Of a stretch of DNA of 64,000 nucleotides, positions 28,310 to 39,231 are shown in pieces. Each line of letters starts with the position of its first letter. Within the stretch, counting starts at the first letter, position 1. Location of the stretch: NCBI GenBank assembly GCA_030603365.1, contig JAUVXV010000013.1:45433-109432 (forward strand), given 5' to 3'. This stretch comes from Candidatus Heimdallarchaeota archaeon. GTDB taxonomy: Archaea; Asgardarchaeota; Heimdallarchaeia; Heimdallarchaeales; Heimdallarchaeaceae. The notes beneath the pieces are model-generated. The model had not been told where the DNA came from. It ran no database searches and was given only the letters and a program-made list of their open reading frames with translations. The position numbers were made by a program, and so were the translations under genes.

Positions 28310-28822
28310 TTACCCATACAATTGGTAATCATGCACATTTAATTTGGCTTTTATTTCCTCATCTGGCTTATAAGCGAGTAATGAGAATTCTTGTTTTTCA
28401 GTAAGATTTTCAACAATGAACTGACTAAGACCTGAAATTTCATCTTTAGTAATATTATCCAAAGCAATAAATCTAGATTCAGAAGTTTCATTGGTTCTGG
28501 ATATGGGTTCTCCTCCTTTGTATTCAAGTCTGAAAACAATGTAGAGGTCTGAAATTAACCCTTTCTTCTTTTTCTCATTAGTCATATGTCTAATAGCTAA
28601 GATACTAGATGCTCTTGCTTCTACACCAGTTTCTTCATAAATTTCCCGTTCAATGGCTTTAGATAGCGATTCTCCAAGCTCAACATAGCCTCCAGGAAGA
28701 GTCCATTTGCCTTGACTTACACCATAGGTGTGTTTAACAAACAGAATTTTCCCGTCCTTAATACAAAATCCTCCTACTCCAACTTTGTGAAGACTATGCC
28801 TTGATACATAATCACTGTGCAT
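28310..28822 (-). CDS. NUDIX hydrolase
   Basis: Nudix box GGYVELGESLSKAIEREIYEETGV. Confidence 0.85.
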   Translation of the reverse strand: MHSDYVSRHSLHKVGVGGFCIKDGKILFVKHTYGVSQGKWTLPGGYVELGESLSKAIEREIYEETGVEARASSILAIRHMTNEKKKKGLISDLYIVFRLEYKGGEPISRTNETSESRFIALDNITKDEISGLSQFIVENLTEKQEFSLLAYKPDEEIKAKLNVHDYQLYG

Positions 28823-28899
28823 GATTTACATTACAATTTCCTTCTAAAAAATCTTAGGTTTGAAATGTTAAAAGATAAACTACATACTTTACTATTTGT

Positions 28900-30950
28900 A
28901 GAGTTTCAAGAAAACAAAAAAGAAAAAGAAAAAGAGAATTAAAACTTATTTTCTTCTGCGATAGAATGCAATTGCAGATGCAGCACCGATAGCAGCAATT
29001 ATACCAAACAATGGGAGTGGTGACTCGGTAGTTTGTTGAGGTTCTGTTGGAGTAGATACCTCTGGAGTAGTTTCCGGTGGTAAATCTGGTACAGGATAAC
29101 CTGCAGCACCTAACCATTCAAAAGCGGAACGGATATCATAATTGTATTTTATGATGTCGTTGTAGTAATAGAACGCTGTGTATGGATACAGAACGCTGTG
29201 AGCAACAAGATATTCTCCATCATGAAGAACCTGATTCATCTCAGCTCTGTCGATAGCATAATTCATCGCTTTACGTACTGCTATACCTACTGTATATTCT
29301 TCTTTACCAACAGTGTCAAGATAAACGAAGTTATCTGCACCGCCAACAAAAGGACGACGTAGGTTGTAGAACATATAACTGAAACCTGCTGCAATAAATG
29401 TTTGCACATTAAATCTTGGATCTGCTTGCATTTGTTTTCTTTCTGCTGGGAATGCTGTTAAACCAGTCCAATCCAATTTTCCTGCTTTGAATTCTGCTAA
29501 TTCAGCAGAGGAATCAGGAATAACACGAATGATAAATGAATCGAAGTCTAAATCTTGAGAAGTTCCATCTATTACTCCTATACCTAACCAGAATGGGCTC
29601 TTTTGTAGAACTGTTACTGAGTTTCTGATGTAGTAATCTAACATATACTTGCCACAGCCAAATGCAGAGGTACTGAATGTAACCCATTGTTCGGTATTAA
29701 GCATATCAGCGTATATACCAACACATTCAACCCCACCATCAGTATATGATACGGTTGGGTCGGTTGAGTTCAAGAAGAATTCTGGCATAATATTCCATGG
29801 GAGTCTTGCCCAAAAGTCTACATAATGCTCAATTTCAGGAGTGTCTGGATTACCATCTATATGAACGTGGAAAGCTAATTCATTTACTGGATCTACATAA
29901 CATTCTGATATCCAATCATGATAAGTTGTACTTTCACTAGTAATTGGGTTTGACCAAACTAGATAGGTAAATACGGCATCTTTAGCAGTAACTTGTTGGT
30001 TAGTACCATCGCTGTATTCTCCAAATTTCAAGCCTTGCATCAATTCACCAGTTGGTATAGCACTTAAAGGATCAGAGTTTGCTGTTCTTCCAGTGACGTT
30101 GTAGGATGGGTTCCAATAGACATCATCTCTCAAATAGAATTTGAAGTGGAATTCGTCAATTTGTTCCCAATCATAAACCAAACCAGTTTTTAGAGGTGCA
30201 AGATCTGGACTATATGTCATGATATTTTCAGCCATTAAATTCCAGATGAATGAACTTGATGTATCATCTGTGAACAATGGGTTGAGTTCTCTCCAGTTTG
30301 CATCTGCAAGATTGAATTCGGTAAGTGATACTTGACCTTCATGATAGCCATCATAGTACATGTAAGGTAAGGAATCAACTATTCCCCATCTGCCTTCATA
30401 TCCCTCAGTATTTGCCCATGTTGCTACATAGGATCTGGGGGCATAAAGAGGCAGTATTGGTACAATCTTGTCCATCATCAGCTGTTGCCAGTCGTAATAA
30501 TGTTGTTGTCTGGCATCAACATCAGTTATTGTTACACCGATATCTTGCATAATTTCAGATTGATTACAATATGGTATATCTGGACCTAGTTGATAACAAT
30601 TCAGTGAACCGTCTTCGGTATATATGTCTCTCATATCTGGAGAAGCTCCTCCTCCTGATAAACCGACTACACCGATGTCGTAATCGTGTGTCAGAATCAA
30701 TGTTCCTACGAATACGGACCATTCTTCAACCTTTACTTCTACTTCTATACCTATATCACGTAGATATTGTGCAATGAACAGGCCGTAATCAGGTCTTACG
30801 CCACCACCGTTAGTCTTGAAGACTAAGTTTGCGATGGGCTCAACACCTTGAACCATAAAAGAAGAATTACTTCCACTCATTACAAGAAGATTTGCTAGGA
30901 TGAAGATTGTAAAATATATTGCTTTTTTTTTCATATAAGCTCGCCTAACT
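28900..30950 (-). repeat. copy 2 of the inverted duplication
   Basis: See copy 1. Confidence 0.8.
28946..30934 (-). CDS. family-5 solute-binding protein, permuted, PGF-CTERM-like anchor; paralog 2 (inverted near-identical copy of 19715..21703)
   Basis: Protein about 85-90 percent identical to paralog 1 over its length. Same RBS context: TTAGGCGAGCTTATATG here versus TTAGGTGAGCTTAAATATG in copy 1. ATG at 30934. Confidence 0.65.
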   Translation of the reverse strand: MKKKAIYFTIFILANLLVMSGSNSSFMVQGVEPIANLVFKTNGGGVRPDYGLFIAQYLRDIGIEVEVKVEEWSVFVGTLILTHDYDIGVVGLSGGGASPDMRDIYTEDGSLNCYQLGPDIPYCNQSEIMQDIGVTITDVDARQQHYYDWQQLMMDKIVPILPLYAPRSYVATWANTEGYEGRWGIVDSLPYMYYDGYHEGQVSLTEFNLADANWRELNPLFTDDTSSSFIWNLMAENIMTYSPDLAPLKTGLVYDWEQIDEFHFKFYLRDDVYWNPSYNVTGRTANSDPLSAIPTGELMQGLKFGEYSDGTNQQVTAKDAVFTYLVWSNPITSESTTYHDWISECYVDPVNELAFHVHIDGNPDTPEIEHYVDFWARLPWNIMPEFFLNSTDPTVSYTDGGVECVGIYADMLNTEQWVTFSTSAFGCGKYMLDYYIRNSVTVLQKSPFWLGIGVIDGTSQDLDFDSFIIRVIPDSSAELAEFKAGKLDWTGLTAFPAERKQMQADPRFNVQTFIAAGFSYMFYNLRRPFVGGADNFVYLDTVGKEEYTVGIAVRKAMNYAIDRAEMNQVLHDGEYLVAHSVLYPYTAFYYYNDIIKYNYDIRSAFEWLGAAGYPVPDLPPETTPEVSTPTEPQQTTESPLPLFGIIAAIGAASAIAFYRRRK

Positions 30951-31569
30951 ATTCTTTTATTATGTGAATATTTTCTCACACTATGAGACTGACCTTTGAG
31001 GCCTTTATTATTATTTTGGTCACTTTTCGCTAGAACCCCCGAAACATTAATAAGTGCATGTTTCGCTCGACGCGTATTTTTTAAAATTTGTAGTAATCAT
31101 CTCAAGCATTCTATTTGATGGAAAGCTGTTCTTTGATGGCTATTGACGGAAAATAGAGTTCCTTTTAGGAGCACTCAACTACTTTTCAACTGATCTACAT
31201 AAGTGTCTTTCAAGCCATTTAATTATGTCCACTGATTCCAGAAAGAGTAATTTGAGACGAGAGGGGAAAGTAATCTTGTTTCCAATTTTAGTTTTTGTTA
31301 CTGTTACTTACATCTTTAGTGATGGTCATTCTCCGATATATAAAAGACAGAAAGGGTAAAAAAGATGATATCTTTGAAATAGAATTTTACCCTTCAAATG
31401 GTAATGATGTTGTCTTCTCCCCTGACAGATGATGCTTACATATAAGGAATTTTTTTAGAACTGGTGTCTTTGCTTTTTTTCTTTCCCTAGAGATTATTAA
31501 TAAAACCCGTCATAAGTTACATAAAGATTAATTATCTCCTAATACCAAGTGATTTTGGAATAAACAAGG

Positions 31570-32595
31570 ATGAAACAATTGAACATACTTAAGACGATGA
31601 AGAATAAACATTCTTTCACGGTCTTACAAGCATTTTTTGTCACTATTTTGTGGTCTTCATCATGGCCCATTATAAAATTCGGTTTGAAGGAGATGCCTCC
31701 TTTAATTTTTGCTGGTATGAGATATGTTATAGCTTCCTTTCTTCTTCTAGTATATGTTTTATTTCAACCTAAGTATAGAAAAGAAGTTAGAAGTTTGACT
31801 AAACGATGGTGGTTGAGATTGATACTTTATGGTTTAGTCTTTTACACAATTACTCAAGGTGCTCAATTTCTTGGTTTACTTTATTTAAACGCTATAACCG
31901 TAAGTCTTGTTCTAAGTTTCACACCGATTCTAGTACTGATTTTTGCTAATTTTCTACTAAAAGAAAAAACAGATCTGATTCAAATATTACTTGTAGTATT
32001 AGCTATTATCGGAGCTTTGCTGTATTTTCTATTAAATCCAGAATTAACTGCCAGTTCGTGGGTAATAGTCTCTGGTACGCAACAGTATCTTTTACCTAGC
32101 ACTACAATAATTGCTACATCTTGGAAGATCATAGGATTAATTATAGTGATTATAGGGGTTCTAGCAAATGCTTTTTCAGCAATTATTGGAAGATCAATAA
32201 ATCAAGCTAAAGAAGTAAGTACCGTTGTAATAACATCTATTAGCATGTTCATAGGTTCATTTGTCCTACTAATAGCAGGTTTAATAATTGAAGATATTCC
32301 CCAATTTTCTATCATATCAATAGGTTACATTCTTTTTCTTAGCATTGTTAACACAGCATTTGCTTTTACATTGTGGAATTATGTTATGCAGAAGCTTAAA
32401 GCTCTTGAAATTTCGTTAATCAATAATACAATGCTTTTTCAAATTACTATATTAGCTGTAATTTTCTTAGGAGAACTTCCAAATACTATTCAGTGGATAG
32501 GTTTGATCATAGTTACACTTGTTGGTCTCCTGCTTCCTATATTTGAGGCTAGAAAGAAAAAAGTAAAAGATGAACTCTCAAATAAAGAAACTTGA
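31570..32595 (+). CDS. EamA/DMT-family transporter
   Basis: Ten hydrophobic segments arranged as two EamA-like halves. Confidence 0.6.
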   Translation: MKQLNILKTMKNKHSFTVLQAFFVTILWSSSWPIIKFGLKEMPPLIFAGMRYVIASFLLLVYVLFQPKYRKEVRSLTKRWWLRLILYGLVFYTITQGAQFLGLLYLNAITVSLVLSFTPILVLIFANFLLKEKTDLIQILLVVLAIIGALLYFLLNPELTASSWVIVSGTQQYLLPSTTIIATSWKIIGLIIVIIGVLANAFSAIIGRSINQAKEVSTVVITSISMFIGSFVLLIAGLIIEDIPQFSIISIGYILFLSIVNTAFAFTLWNYVMQKLKALEISLINNTMLFQITILAVIFLGELPNTIQWIGLIIVTLVGLLLPIFEARKKKVKDELSNKET

Positions 32596-33300
32596 ATTGG
32601 TATATCCCTCGATGATTCTTAGTTCCGCTCTTCTGATTCTCTCCTGCATAGCAACTCGTTTTATACCAAGCTCAGCAGAAATTTCCTCAAGTGTACATCT
32701 GCGAGGAACTTCATAGTAACCCTTTTTGAGAGCTAATTGAAATGCTGCATATTGCTTATCCGTTAATAAATCTTGAATAGTTTCTGTAGGTCTCGAAGAT
32801 AAGGCTTTCAATTGAATTGAAGTAAATCTATTTTGCAGTTTTTCTTGTAAATCCCGGAACGAATTAGGTGTTGGAGATAGAATGTTATGATATTGGACAC
32901 CATTTTCAATCACAATAGGTAATATTGTCATACTTCCACTTTCAAGAATAGTATCATGGATTGACGGATAATCAAGCTTATGAACAACTCTTGTCCAGAA
33001 TCTGTTCTTACTTCTATGAGTAACTTTGATATCTTTAATTTGAGGTGACTTTTGCATAAGTTGCACATAGTCTTCTAAAGTTTCTGTCTTATTATCAAGC
33101 GCTTCGTAAAAACCCAAACCTTCTGAACCATTTATCGCTAGAATTGATACTCTAACAGGTATTTTCTGTGTAAGCTCACAAGAGTAATAATCTTTCGAGC
33201 TAATTGCAATTTTACTCCTAATCACAAATAATAAGTATACTAACTTATTAAAAAAATAATTGGAAAAGAAAGAACTAGTTCTTTCTCTTTCTATAAACAA
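32578..33300 (-). CDS. transcription regulator with C-terminal HTH_10 (Bat-type) domain
   Basis: C-terminal LTDKQYAAFQLALKKGYYEVPRRCTLEEISAELGIKRVAMQERIRRAELRII. Start uncertain. Confidence 0.55.
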   Translation of the reverse strand: MFIERERTSSFFSNYFFNKLVYLLFVIRSKIAISSKDYYSCELTQKIPVRVSILAINGSEGLGFYEALDNKTETLEDYVQLMQKSPQIKDIKVTHRSKNRFWTRVVHKLDYPSIHDTILESGSMTILPIVIENGVQYHNILSPTPNSFRDLQEKLQNRFTSIQLKALSSRPTETIQDLLTDKQYAAFQLALKKGYYEVPRRCTLEEISAELGIKRVAMQERIRRAELRIIEGYTNSSFFI

Positions 33301-34168
33301 CTAATCCTATTATAAACAATCCAAACAATGAAAAGGCCCAATTGAATGGAGCACCCACTGGAACGCTTGTACTCTCTATATGTAACTTGACAATATCGTC
33401 GTCTATATCAAGCGAACCATCAATTTCTCTTTCATAATGTTCTGAAAAATCATAGTTAATGTAAGAAAGTATTCCTGTATCAACATTAAAACGAATTTCT
33501 ATTTTTTCTATTGTTTTGGTTAGTTCCTTTTGCCAAGGTTCTACTAGGTTTTCGACTTTCTCATCAATATTACGTTCTACCTTCAATGTCCAGGATTTTG
33601 AAGTTAGTTTTGAAGATTGTATAATTCTAGTTTTTGTATATTCATAGGTATCGTAGGTTTCACTTTCTTCCGTTTTGTCTACAGAAATTTGCTGAAAATT
33701 ATTCTGAAGAATTTCAAAGAAATTGTAAGATCCTGTTTGATTTTCATATGTGGTAGGTTGAATGAAGAAATCTATATCTATATCTAAATCCTCAAAATCT
33801 AACCAATCCAATCTAATCAAACCTATTTCATCAGTTATATTGGTTTTAAATTCATCATTTAGATAGAATTCAGCCCAAATGTTGTCTTCTTCCAATAACT
33901 CCGAAGGTGTTCCATTGGTTACATTATTCACATTCTGTATAATTTTTACAGAAATGGTGTCCCCTTGATCTAATCTGTCATCACCGAAATCTAGGTATGG
34001 TGTGTCGATTGTCCCACTTACTACGAGTTCTAGGACTTCCCAATCATAAGTTGCATCTACAGTTAATTCATCAGGGTATGAATAATCTTGACTGTTTACA
34101 AGATAAATTCCTGATGAAATAAACAACAATACCAATGTTACAAAAAATTTTATTTTTATTCTTTTCAT
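33275..34168 (-). CDS. secreted protein with C-terminal TM anchor
   Basis: Signal peptide KIKFFVTLVLLFISSGIYLV. C-terminal FSLFGLFIIGLVVYRKRKN. Confidence 0.4.
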   Translation of the reverse strand: MKRIKIKFFVTLVLLFISSGIYLVNSQDYSYPDELTVDATYDWEVLELVVSGTIDTPYLDFGDDRLDQGDTISVKIIQNVNNVTNGTPSELLEEDNIWAEFYLNDEFKTNITDEIGLIRLDWLDFEDLDIDIDFFIQPTTYENQTGSYNFFEILQNNFQQISVDKTEESETYDTYEYTKTRIIQSSKLTSKSWTLKVERNIDEKVENLVEPWQKELTKTIEKIEIRFNVDTGILSYINYDFSEHYEREIDGSLDIDDDIVKLHIESTSVPVGAPFNWAFSLFGLFIIGLVVYRKRKN

Positions 34169-34235
34169 ATAAACTCACTTAATTCCTTTTAGATAATAAA
34201 ATGTACTATTCAGAAATAAACTTTTGCGTTTCTTA

Positions 34236-35414
34236 ATGAAAACAGTTAAAGATTCATACTTATTTACAACAGTTGCAATAAAATTTTTATTAAGGGTAAT
34301 TATATTGGCATATTGTAGTGTGGGATTAATGATAGGTTATAGATTCTTCAAATGGCTGAAATTATTATTCTTCAATGGTTTCAATATCCGCTTGAAACAC
34401 GTTCCTAAGGTCATGACAATTACTTTTATCAATTTTCTATTATATCCATTTGTTCTTAATGAACACTTTAAAGATAGAAGACGAATTAAACAAACTCAGA
34501 TACTAAAAGATCCTATCTTTATTGTTGGTCATTGGAGAACTGGAACAACTCACTTACACAAAATGTTGGCATTAGATAAGCAATTTGACTTCATTTCTTT
34601 AACTGAAACTGCTTTTCCTCATTTAATCTTGGGGCAATCTAAGATACTTAACAGATTAATGAGACCCTTTATTGTTAAGAACAGACCTACAGATAATGTT
34701 GAAATGTTTCCTGAAATGCCGCATGAGCACGAATTTGCCTTAATGGTCTTATGTTCTCACTCACCAATCCTAGGGATAGCATTTCCTGATAAATTTAATT
34801 ATTACAGAAAATTCACTACTTTCGAAAATGTCGGTCCACGAAAAATCATTGAGTGGAAGAAACAGTTTATGTTTCTGGTTAAAACTCTTACAATTAAGTC
34901 TGAAGGGAAACAATTGGTTCTAAAAAATCCTTTAGATACTTTTAGGATTAAATTAATTTTAGAACTCTTTCCAAACGCGAAATTTATTCACTTGTATCGA
35001 AATCCTTACGATGTGTTCTATTCTTCTTTGAAACTTCATAGACATAATGCTGAGATATATGCTTTGCAAAGACCAACTTATGATTTGTATCAAGTAGTTT
35101 TGGATAATTTTGTAGAGATGTACGATAATTTCTATGAAGAAATACAACATATTCCAGAAGGAAATTTTGTTGAAATAAAATTCGAAGATCTTGCTCAAAA
35201 TTCAATTTTAGAACTAAAGAAAATCTATGATTCTTTATCTCTCAAGAATTTTGATAAAGCAGAATCTAGATTTCAACAATATCTTGATTCTGTGTCTGGT
35301 TACAAACCAAGCAATTATGATGTGAAATCAGAAGATAAGAAAAGAATCTACTCTCATTGGCACAAAACAATAAAAAAATGGGGATATGAAAAAACTCCAC
35401 AAAAAATCTCTTAG
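34236..35414 (+). CDS. sulfotransferase-family protein
   Basis: 5-PSB-like GHWRTGTTHLHKML and 3-PB-like YRNPYDVFYSS motifs. ATG 34236; the ORF track starts at TTG 34224. Confidence 0.65.
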   Translation: MKTVKDSYLFTTVAIKFLLRVIILAYCSVGLMIGYRFFKWLKLLFFNGFNIRLKHVPKVMTITFINFLLYPFVLNEHFKDRRRIKQTQILKDPIFIVGHWRTGTTHLHKMLALDKQFDFISLTETAFPHLILGQSKILNRLMRPFIVKNRPTDNVEMFPEMPHEHEFALMVLCSHSPILGIAFPDKFNYYRKFTTFENVGPRKIIEWKKQFMFLVKTLTIKSEGKQLVLKNPLDTFRIKLILELFPNAKFIHLYRNPYDVFYSSLKLHRHNAEIYALQRPTYDLYQVVLDNFVEMYDNFYEEIQHIPEGNFVEIKFEDLAQNSILELKKIYDSLSLKNFDKAESRFQQYLDSVSGYKPSNYDVKSEDKKRIYSHWHKTIKKWGYEKTPQKIS

Positions 35415-35437
35415 ATTCTTTGGGAGTGTTAAACATG

Positions 35438-36667
35438 CTATACTGATTGAGATTTTTCTTTCTCTTCTCTAACAATTTTTATGAACTCAGGAATGATTTC
35501 TAACATATCTCCAACTATCCCAAAATCTGCTACATCAAATATTACTGCTTCAGGATCTTTGTTAATTGCTATAACTGTATCAGCTGATGTCATACCTACA
35601 AGATGCTGAATAGCACCCGAAATACCTAGAGCAAAATATAGTGTGGGTGAAACTGTTTTACCTGATTGACCAACTTGTTGAGGATGGGGAAGCCAACCTA
35701 AATCGATTAAAGCTCTTGAACCTGAAACAGTCCCATCTATTACTTCTGCCATTTCTTGTATAATTTGTAGATTTTCTTTACTTCCTATTCCTCTTCCAGC
35801 TGAAACCAAAATATTTGCTTCTTCGATATCTAAACCTTCATCTTGAGAAATAATCTCTTCAATAATCTTAGTTCTAATGCTGATTTTTTCTAGAATAACA
35901 TCAACATCTTCAATAATTCCTGTTTTAGTTGCGTCTGGTTTTGGTTTAGAGAACACTCCAGGACGAACAGTTGACATTTGTGGTCTAGTATAAGGTGAAA
36001 GAATTGAAGCCATGATATTACCACCAAAAGCAGGACGAGTTTGAACAAGTTGTCTTGAACGGTTAATATCTAATCCTGTACAGTCTGCAGTAAGACCTAA
36101 AGCAAGACGGGCTGCAATACGAGGGGCAAGATCTCTTCCATTTGGTGTAGCTCCATAAAGAACAATCGATGGTTTTTCAGCAGCAATTACACTAGAAATA
36201 ACATTTGTGTATCCATCTGTTGAATAGTCTTCTAGTAATTCGTGCTCACAAAGATATACTTTATCTGCTCCATGTTGGAATAAAATAGGAATTAAATGCT
36301 TAACATCTTTTCCTAATAAAATTACAGCTAATGATTCTCTTAATTTATTTGCTAACTCTTTTCCCTTTCCTAAGAGTTCTAGAGCAACATTCTTGATTTC
36401 AATAGCTTCTCCTTTTCTTTCCCATTCTCCCCAAATAAAGACATTCTTAAACAAAGCGATTTCATCTTCTGAAATGGCTTTTCTTTCAATACTCAGAGCA
36501 TCTACAGGACAGGCATTTACACAAGTTCCACAAAGAGTACAATTGTCTAAAACTTCTGCTTTCTTTGTTTCTGGTCCAACAACGATTGCACCAAAAGGAC
36601 AGACTTTTTCACAGATTTTACAACCAATACATGTTTCTATATCTACTATTAACATTCCATCACACAC
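35438..36667 (-). CDS. etfA: electron transfer flavoprotein alpha subunit with N-terminal 2x[4Fe-4S] ferredoxin domain (FixB/LctC-type)
   Basis: [12 protein letters not shown] and [12 protein letters not shown], followed by the EtfA FAD-binding core ([12 protein letters not shown]). Confidence 0.85.
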   Translation of the reverse strand: MCDGMLIVDIETCIGCKICEKVCPFGAIVVGPETKKAEVLDNCTLCGTCVNACPVDALSIERKAISEDEIALFKNVFIWGEWERKGEAIEIKNVALELLGKGKELANKLRESLAVILLGKDVKHLIPILFQHGADKVYLCEHELLEDYSTDGYTNVISSVIAAEKPSIVLYGATPNGRDLAPRIAARLALGLTADCTGLDINRSRQLVQTRPAFGGNIMASILSPYTRPQMSTVRPGVFSKPKPDATKTGIIEDVDVILEKISIRTKIIEEIISQDEGLDIEEANILVSAGRGIGSKENLQIIQEMAEVIDGTVSGSRALIDLGWLPHPQQVGQSGKTVSPTLYFALGISGAIQHLVGMTSADTVIAINKDPEAVIFDVADFGIVGDMLEIIPEFIKIVREEKEKSQSV

Positions 36668-37463
36668 TCAAAAACTTGTTTTCCTTAAGATAATCAAACA
36701 GTTTTTTTGCTGCAACCTTAGCCTCACTGCCATCAATTATCTCGCCCCCTGTTTTACTTAGAGGAGCAAAAATTTTGTCTACTTGGGTAGGAGACGCGCT
36801 CAACCCAATCTTCTCTTCATCAATATTCAAATCGTCTGCAGAGAACGTTTCCAAAGGTTTATCTCTAGCAATACAAACATCTCGCATTGAAGGGATTCTT
36901 CGAATATTGGATCCTTTACTCATAGTTACTAATGCAGGCATCTTGGCAGAAAGAATTTGATATCCTTTCTCAGTCTCTCTCTTAACTTCCACTCTTTTGT
37001 TGTTGATTTTCACATCGACACCATAAGTAATCTGAGGGATACCAAGTTGTTCAGCTGTCTCGGCTGGGACTTGTGCAGTATCACCATCAATAGCCTGTTT
37101 TCCTGTTAAAATTAGATCGAAATCAGGTTCAAGATTGGCAACACCCTCTTTTAGTGCTGTTGAAGTTGCCCAAACATCAGATCCTGCAAATTTTCTATCC
37201 GAGAGTAGATATGCCTTATCTGCTCCTAATTCTAAACACCTCAACAATACCATCTTAGCTTGTGGAGGTCCCATACTAATTGCAGTAACCTCTATTTCTA
37301 GCTCAGGATAATCATTCTTCAATTTAACAGCTTGATCTAACGCATACTCACAGTAAGGATTTAGGATTGAAGCCACACCTTCTCGAATTAAAGTTCCTGT
37401 TTCTGGATCCACAGCTATTTTATCGGCTTCTGGAACTTGTTTTGCTAAAACTACGATTTTCAT
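36660..37463 (-). CDS. etfB: electron transfer flavoprotein beta subunit (FixA/LctB-type)
   Basis: [12 protein letters not shown] start. Its ATG overlaps the stop of the upstream oxidase gene (ATGA). Overlaps etfA by 8 nt. Confidence 0.85.
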   Translation of the reverse strand: MKIVVLAKQVPEADKIAVDPETGTLIREGVASILNPYCEYALDQAVKLKNDYPELEIEVTAISMGPPQAKMVLLRCLELGADKAYLLSDRKFAGSDVWATSTALKEGVANLEPDFDLILTGKQAIDGDTAQVPAETAEQLGIPQITYGVDVKINNKRVEVKRETEKGYQILSAKMPALVTMSKGSNIRRIPSMRDVCIARDKPLETFSADDLNIDEEKIGLSASPTQVDKIFAPLSKTGGEIIDGSEAKVAAKKLFDYLKENKFLSV

Positions 37464-39103
37464 TGTTCCATCTCCCTTCCAAAAATGTTTCCACAATTGA
37501 AAACACAATCGGGATCAATTGCAAATTTCACAATTCTCATCTCTTGGACTCCTTCCTCTCCATACATAATCTTGAGATATTCGTGCTTGATTTTACCAAT
37601 ACCATGTTCAGCTGAGATAGAACCTCCAAACTCAACAGCTTTTTTAGCAAATTTCTTGTAAAGCTCTTTTCCTAATTTAAGGTCTTCCATATTTCTAGGA
37701 AGGATATTAACGTGAACGTGATTATCCCCGATGTGACCCCATTCAACATATTCCAATCCTGCTTCTTTTAATTTTGTACGGTAGAAATTCATCATTTCTT
37801 TCAAGTATTTATCTTCAACAGACATATCTGTTCCCAATTTGTGAATTTCTGAGAATTGCTTCTTACGTTCAGCAATAATATTATTTACTATCTCTGGTAC
37901 AGCATGTCGGAAGTGTTTGAAACGAGCTATTTCTCTCTCTTCATAAGCACACCAAGTATCGTCTAGAGAAGAATTACACTCTATCAACATATCGGAAATT
38001 TCATCAAAACATTTCTCCAACGTTTCTTCTGAATAATCAAGATTAAACGAAATCGCTGCTAATACATCTTCTCTGATTTTAGGAATGTTAACGAACTTGG
38101 GATCTTCTACTTGTTTATTCCTTAGTAAAGTCAAGGCTTTGTCGTCAAAAAACTCAATGAATTCAGGTTTGAATGATTCACTAGACCTTAATTTTTCTAC
38201 GAAATCAATTGCATCATTTTCATCCTTGAAAAAGACTATGTTTGACATTGGTGCTATATATTCTTTGAGCCAGATATCCGCTTCAGTAATAACTCCAAAA
38301 ATTCCTTCTGAACCTATAAACAAGTCTATTAAGTCCATGTTAGGTTCTGCCCATATACCTGCAGCATTTTTTGCTTTTGGCATCATATATGTAGGAATAC
38401 GGATGAGATATTTCTCACCAGCTGTTTGAATGATGAATTTTCCATCCACTGCTCTATATTTCCCTCGAGGAATACTTAAAACCTCACCTGTACCAAGAAT
38501 AACTCTCAGTTTCTTTATCCAATTCCTAGTTGCACCGTACTTGAATGAACGAGCACCAGAAGCGTTAGCGCCAATAGTACCTCCAATAGATGCTGTCATT
38601 TCTGTGGGGTCAACAGGATAGTAATAAGTAGGTTCAGTTTCGAATTTTTCTACCCAGTTTTTATCTTGAGGAATGCTTTTTTCCTTCTCTATTTTTTTGA
38701 GTTTTACAATATCATTAATCTCATTAAGAGAGATAGCAGGTTCTACTCTTAGAAACCACCTCTCCTCCTCCTCATCAAAACCAAGACCGATTACATGATC
38801 CATTCTTTCTAATGAAAGAACAGCTCCTCCAAATGGAACTGCACTACCTACAATACCTGTACGAGCGGCAGATACAGTAATCATTTGCTCTTCTTCTTTC
38901 ATTTTTTTCACAAATGAAGATATTTCCTCTTCATTATTTGGGAAAAATAGCCATTCAGCATGACCACCACTTATTTTTGATTCATCTACAAGGTAACTAG
39001 GATAGGATGCAGATATAATCATCTCCCCCTTAACTGACTTTAATTCTTCAAATGGTAGTGTTTCTATTTTTTGAGCTTCAATAATATTCTCAGACAACAA
39101 CAA
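37460..39103 (-). CDS. FAD-linked oxidase (GlcD / D-lactate dehydrogenase-like)
   Basis: FAD-binding PCMH-type N-terminal domain (RTGIVGSAVPFGGAVLSL) and C-terminal oxidase domain. Forms an operon with etfBA. Confidence 0.8.
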   Translation of the reverse strand: MLLSENIIEAQKIETLPFEELKSVKGEMIISASYPSYLVDESKISGGHAEWLFFPNNEEEISSFVKKMKEEEQMITVSAARTGIVGSAVPFGGAVLSLERMDHVIGLGFDEEEERWFLRVEPAISLNEINDIVKLKKIEKEKSIPQDKNWVEKFETEPTYYYPVDPTEMTASIGGTIGANASGARSFKYGATRNWIKKLRVILGTGEVLSIPRGKYRAVDGKFIIQTAGEKYLIRIPTYMMPKAKNAAGIWAEPNMDLIDLFIGSEGIFGVITEADIWLKEYIAPMSNIVFFKDENDAIDFVEKLRSSESFKPEFIEFFDDKALTLLRNKQVEDPKFVNIPKIREDVLAAISFNLDYSEETLEKCFDEISDMLIECNSSLDDTWCAYEEREIARFKHFRHAVPEIVNNIIAERKKQFSEIHKLGTDMSVEDKYLKEMMNFYRTKLKEAGLEYVEWGHIGDNHVHVNILPRNMEDLKLGKELYKKFAKKAVEFGGSISAEHGIGKIKHEYLKIMYGEEGVQEMRIVKFAIDPDCVFNCGNIFGREMEQ

Positions 39104-39231
39104 GCTCCTCCAATATATCTTTACAGTTAGTTGAAGCGTGGGTTAAAAGTGTATAAAAATATAATTACTTGTCCATATTCTAATTAGACTTACAATAGCT
39201 TTAAAACTATCATAGATTCAACTATTTTAAG

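Noticed and set aside
28854-29117. 87-aa Cys-rich ORF overlapping the 3-prime end of SBP paralog 2.
   Set aside because: It overlaps the strongly supported SBP CDS and a T-rich terminator region, and has no independent support.
30980-31569. 590-bp intergenic region upstream of SBP paralog 2 with a locally GC-richer patch (CGCTAGAACCCCCGAAACATTAATAAGTGCATGTTTCGCTCGACGCG).
   Set aside because: I could derive no convincing ORF, tRNA cloverleaf or stable hairpin by eye. It may hold a promoter or small RNA, but I cannot support a call.
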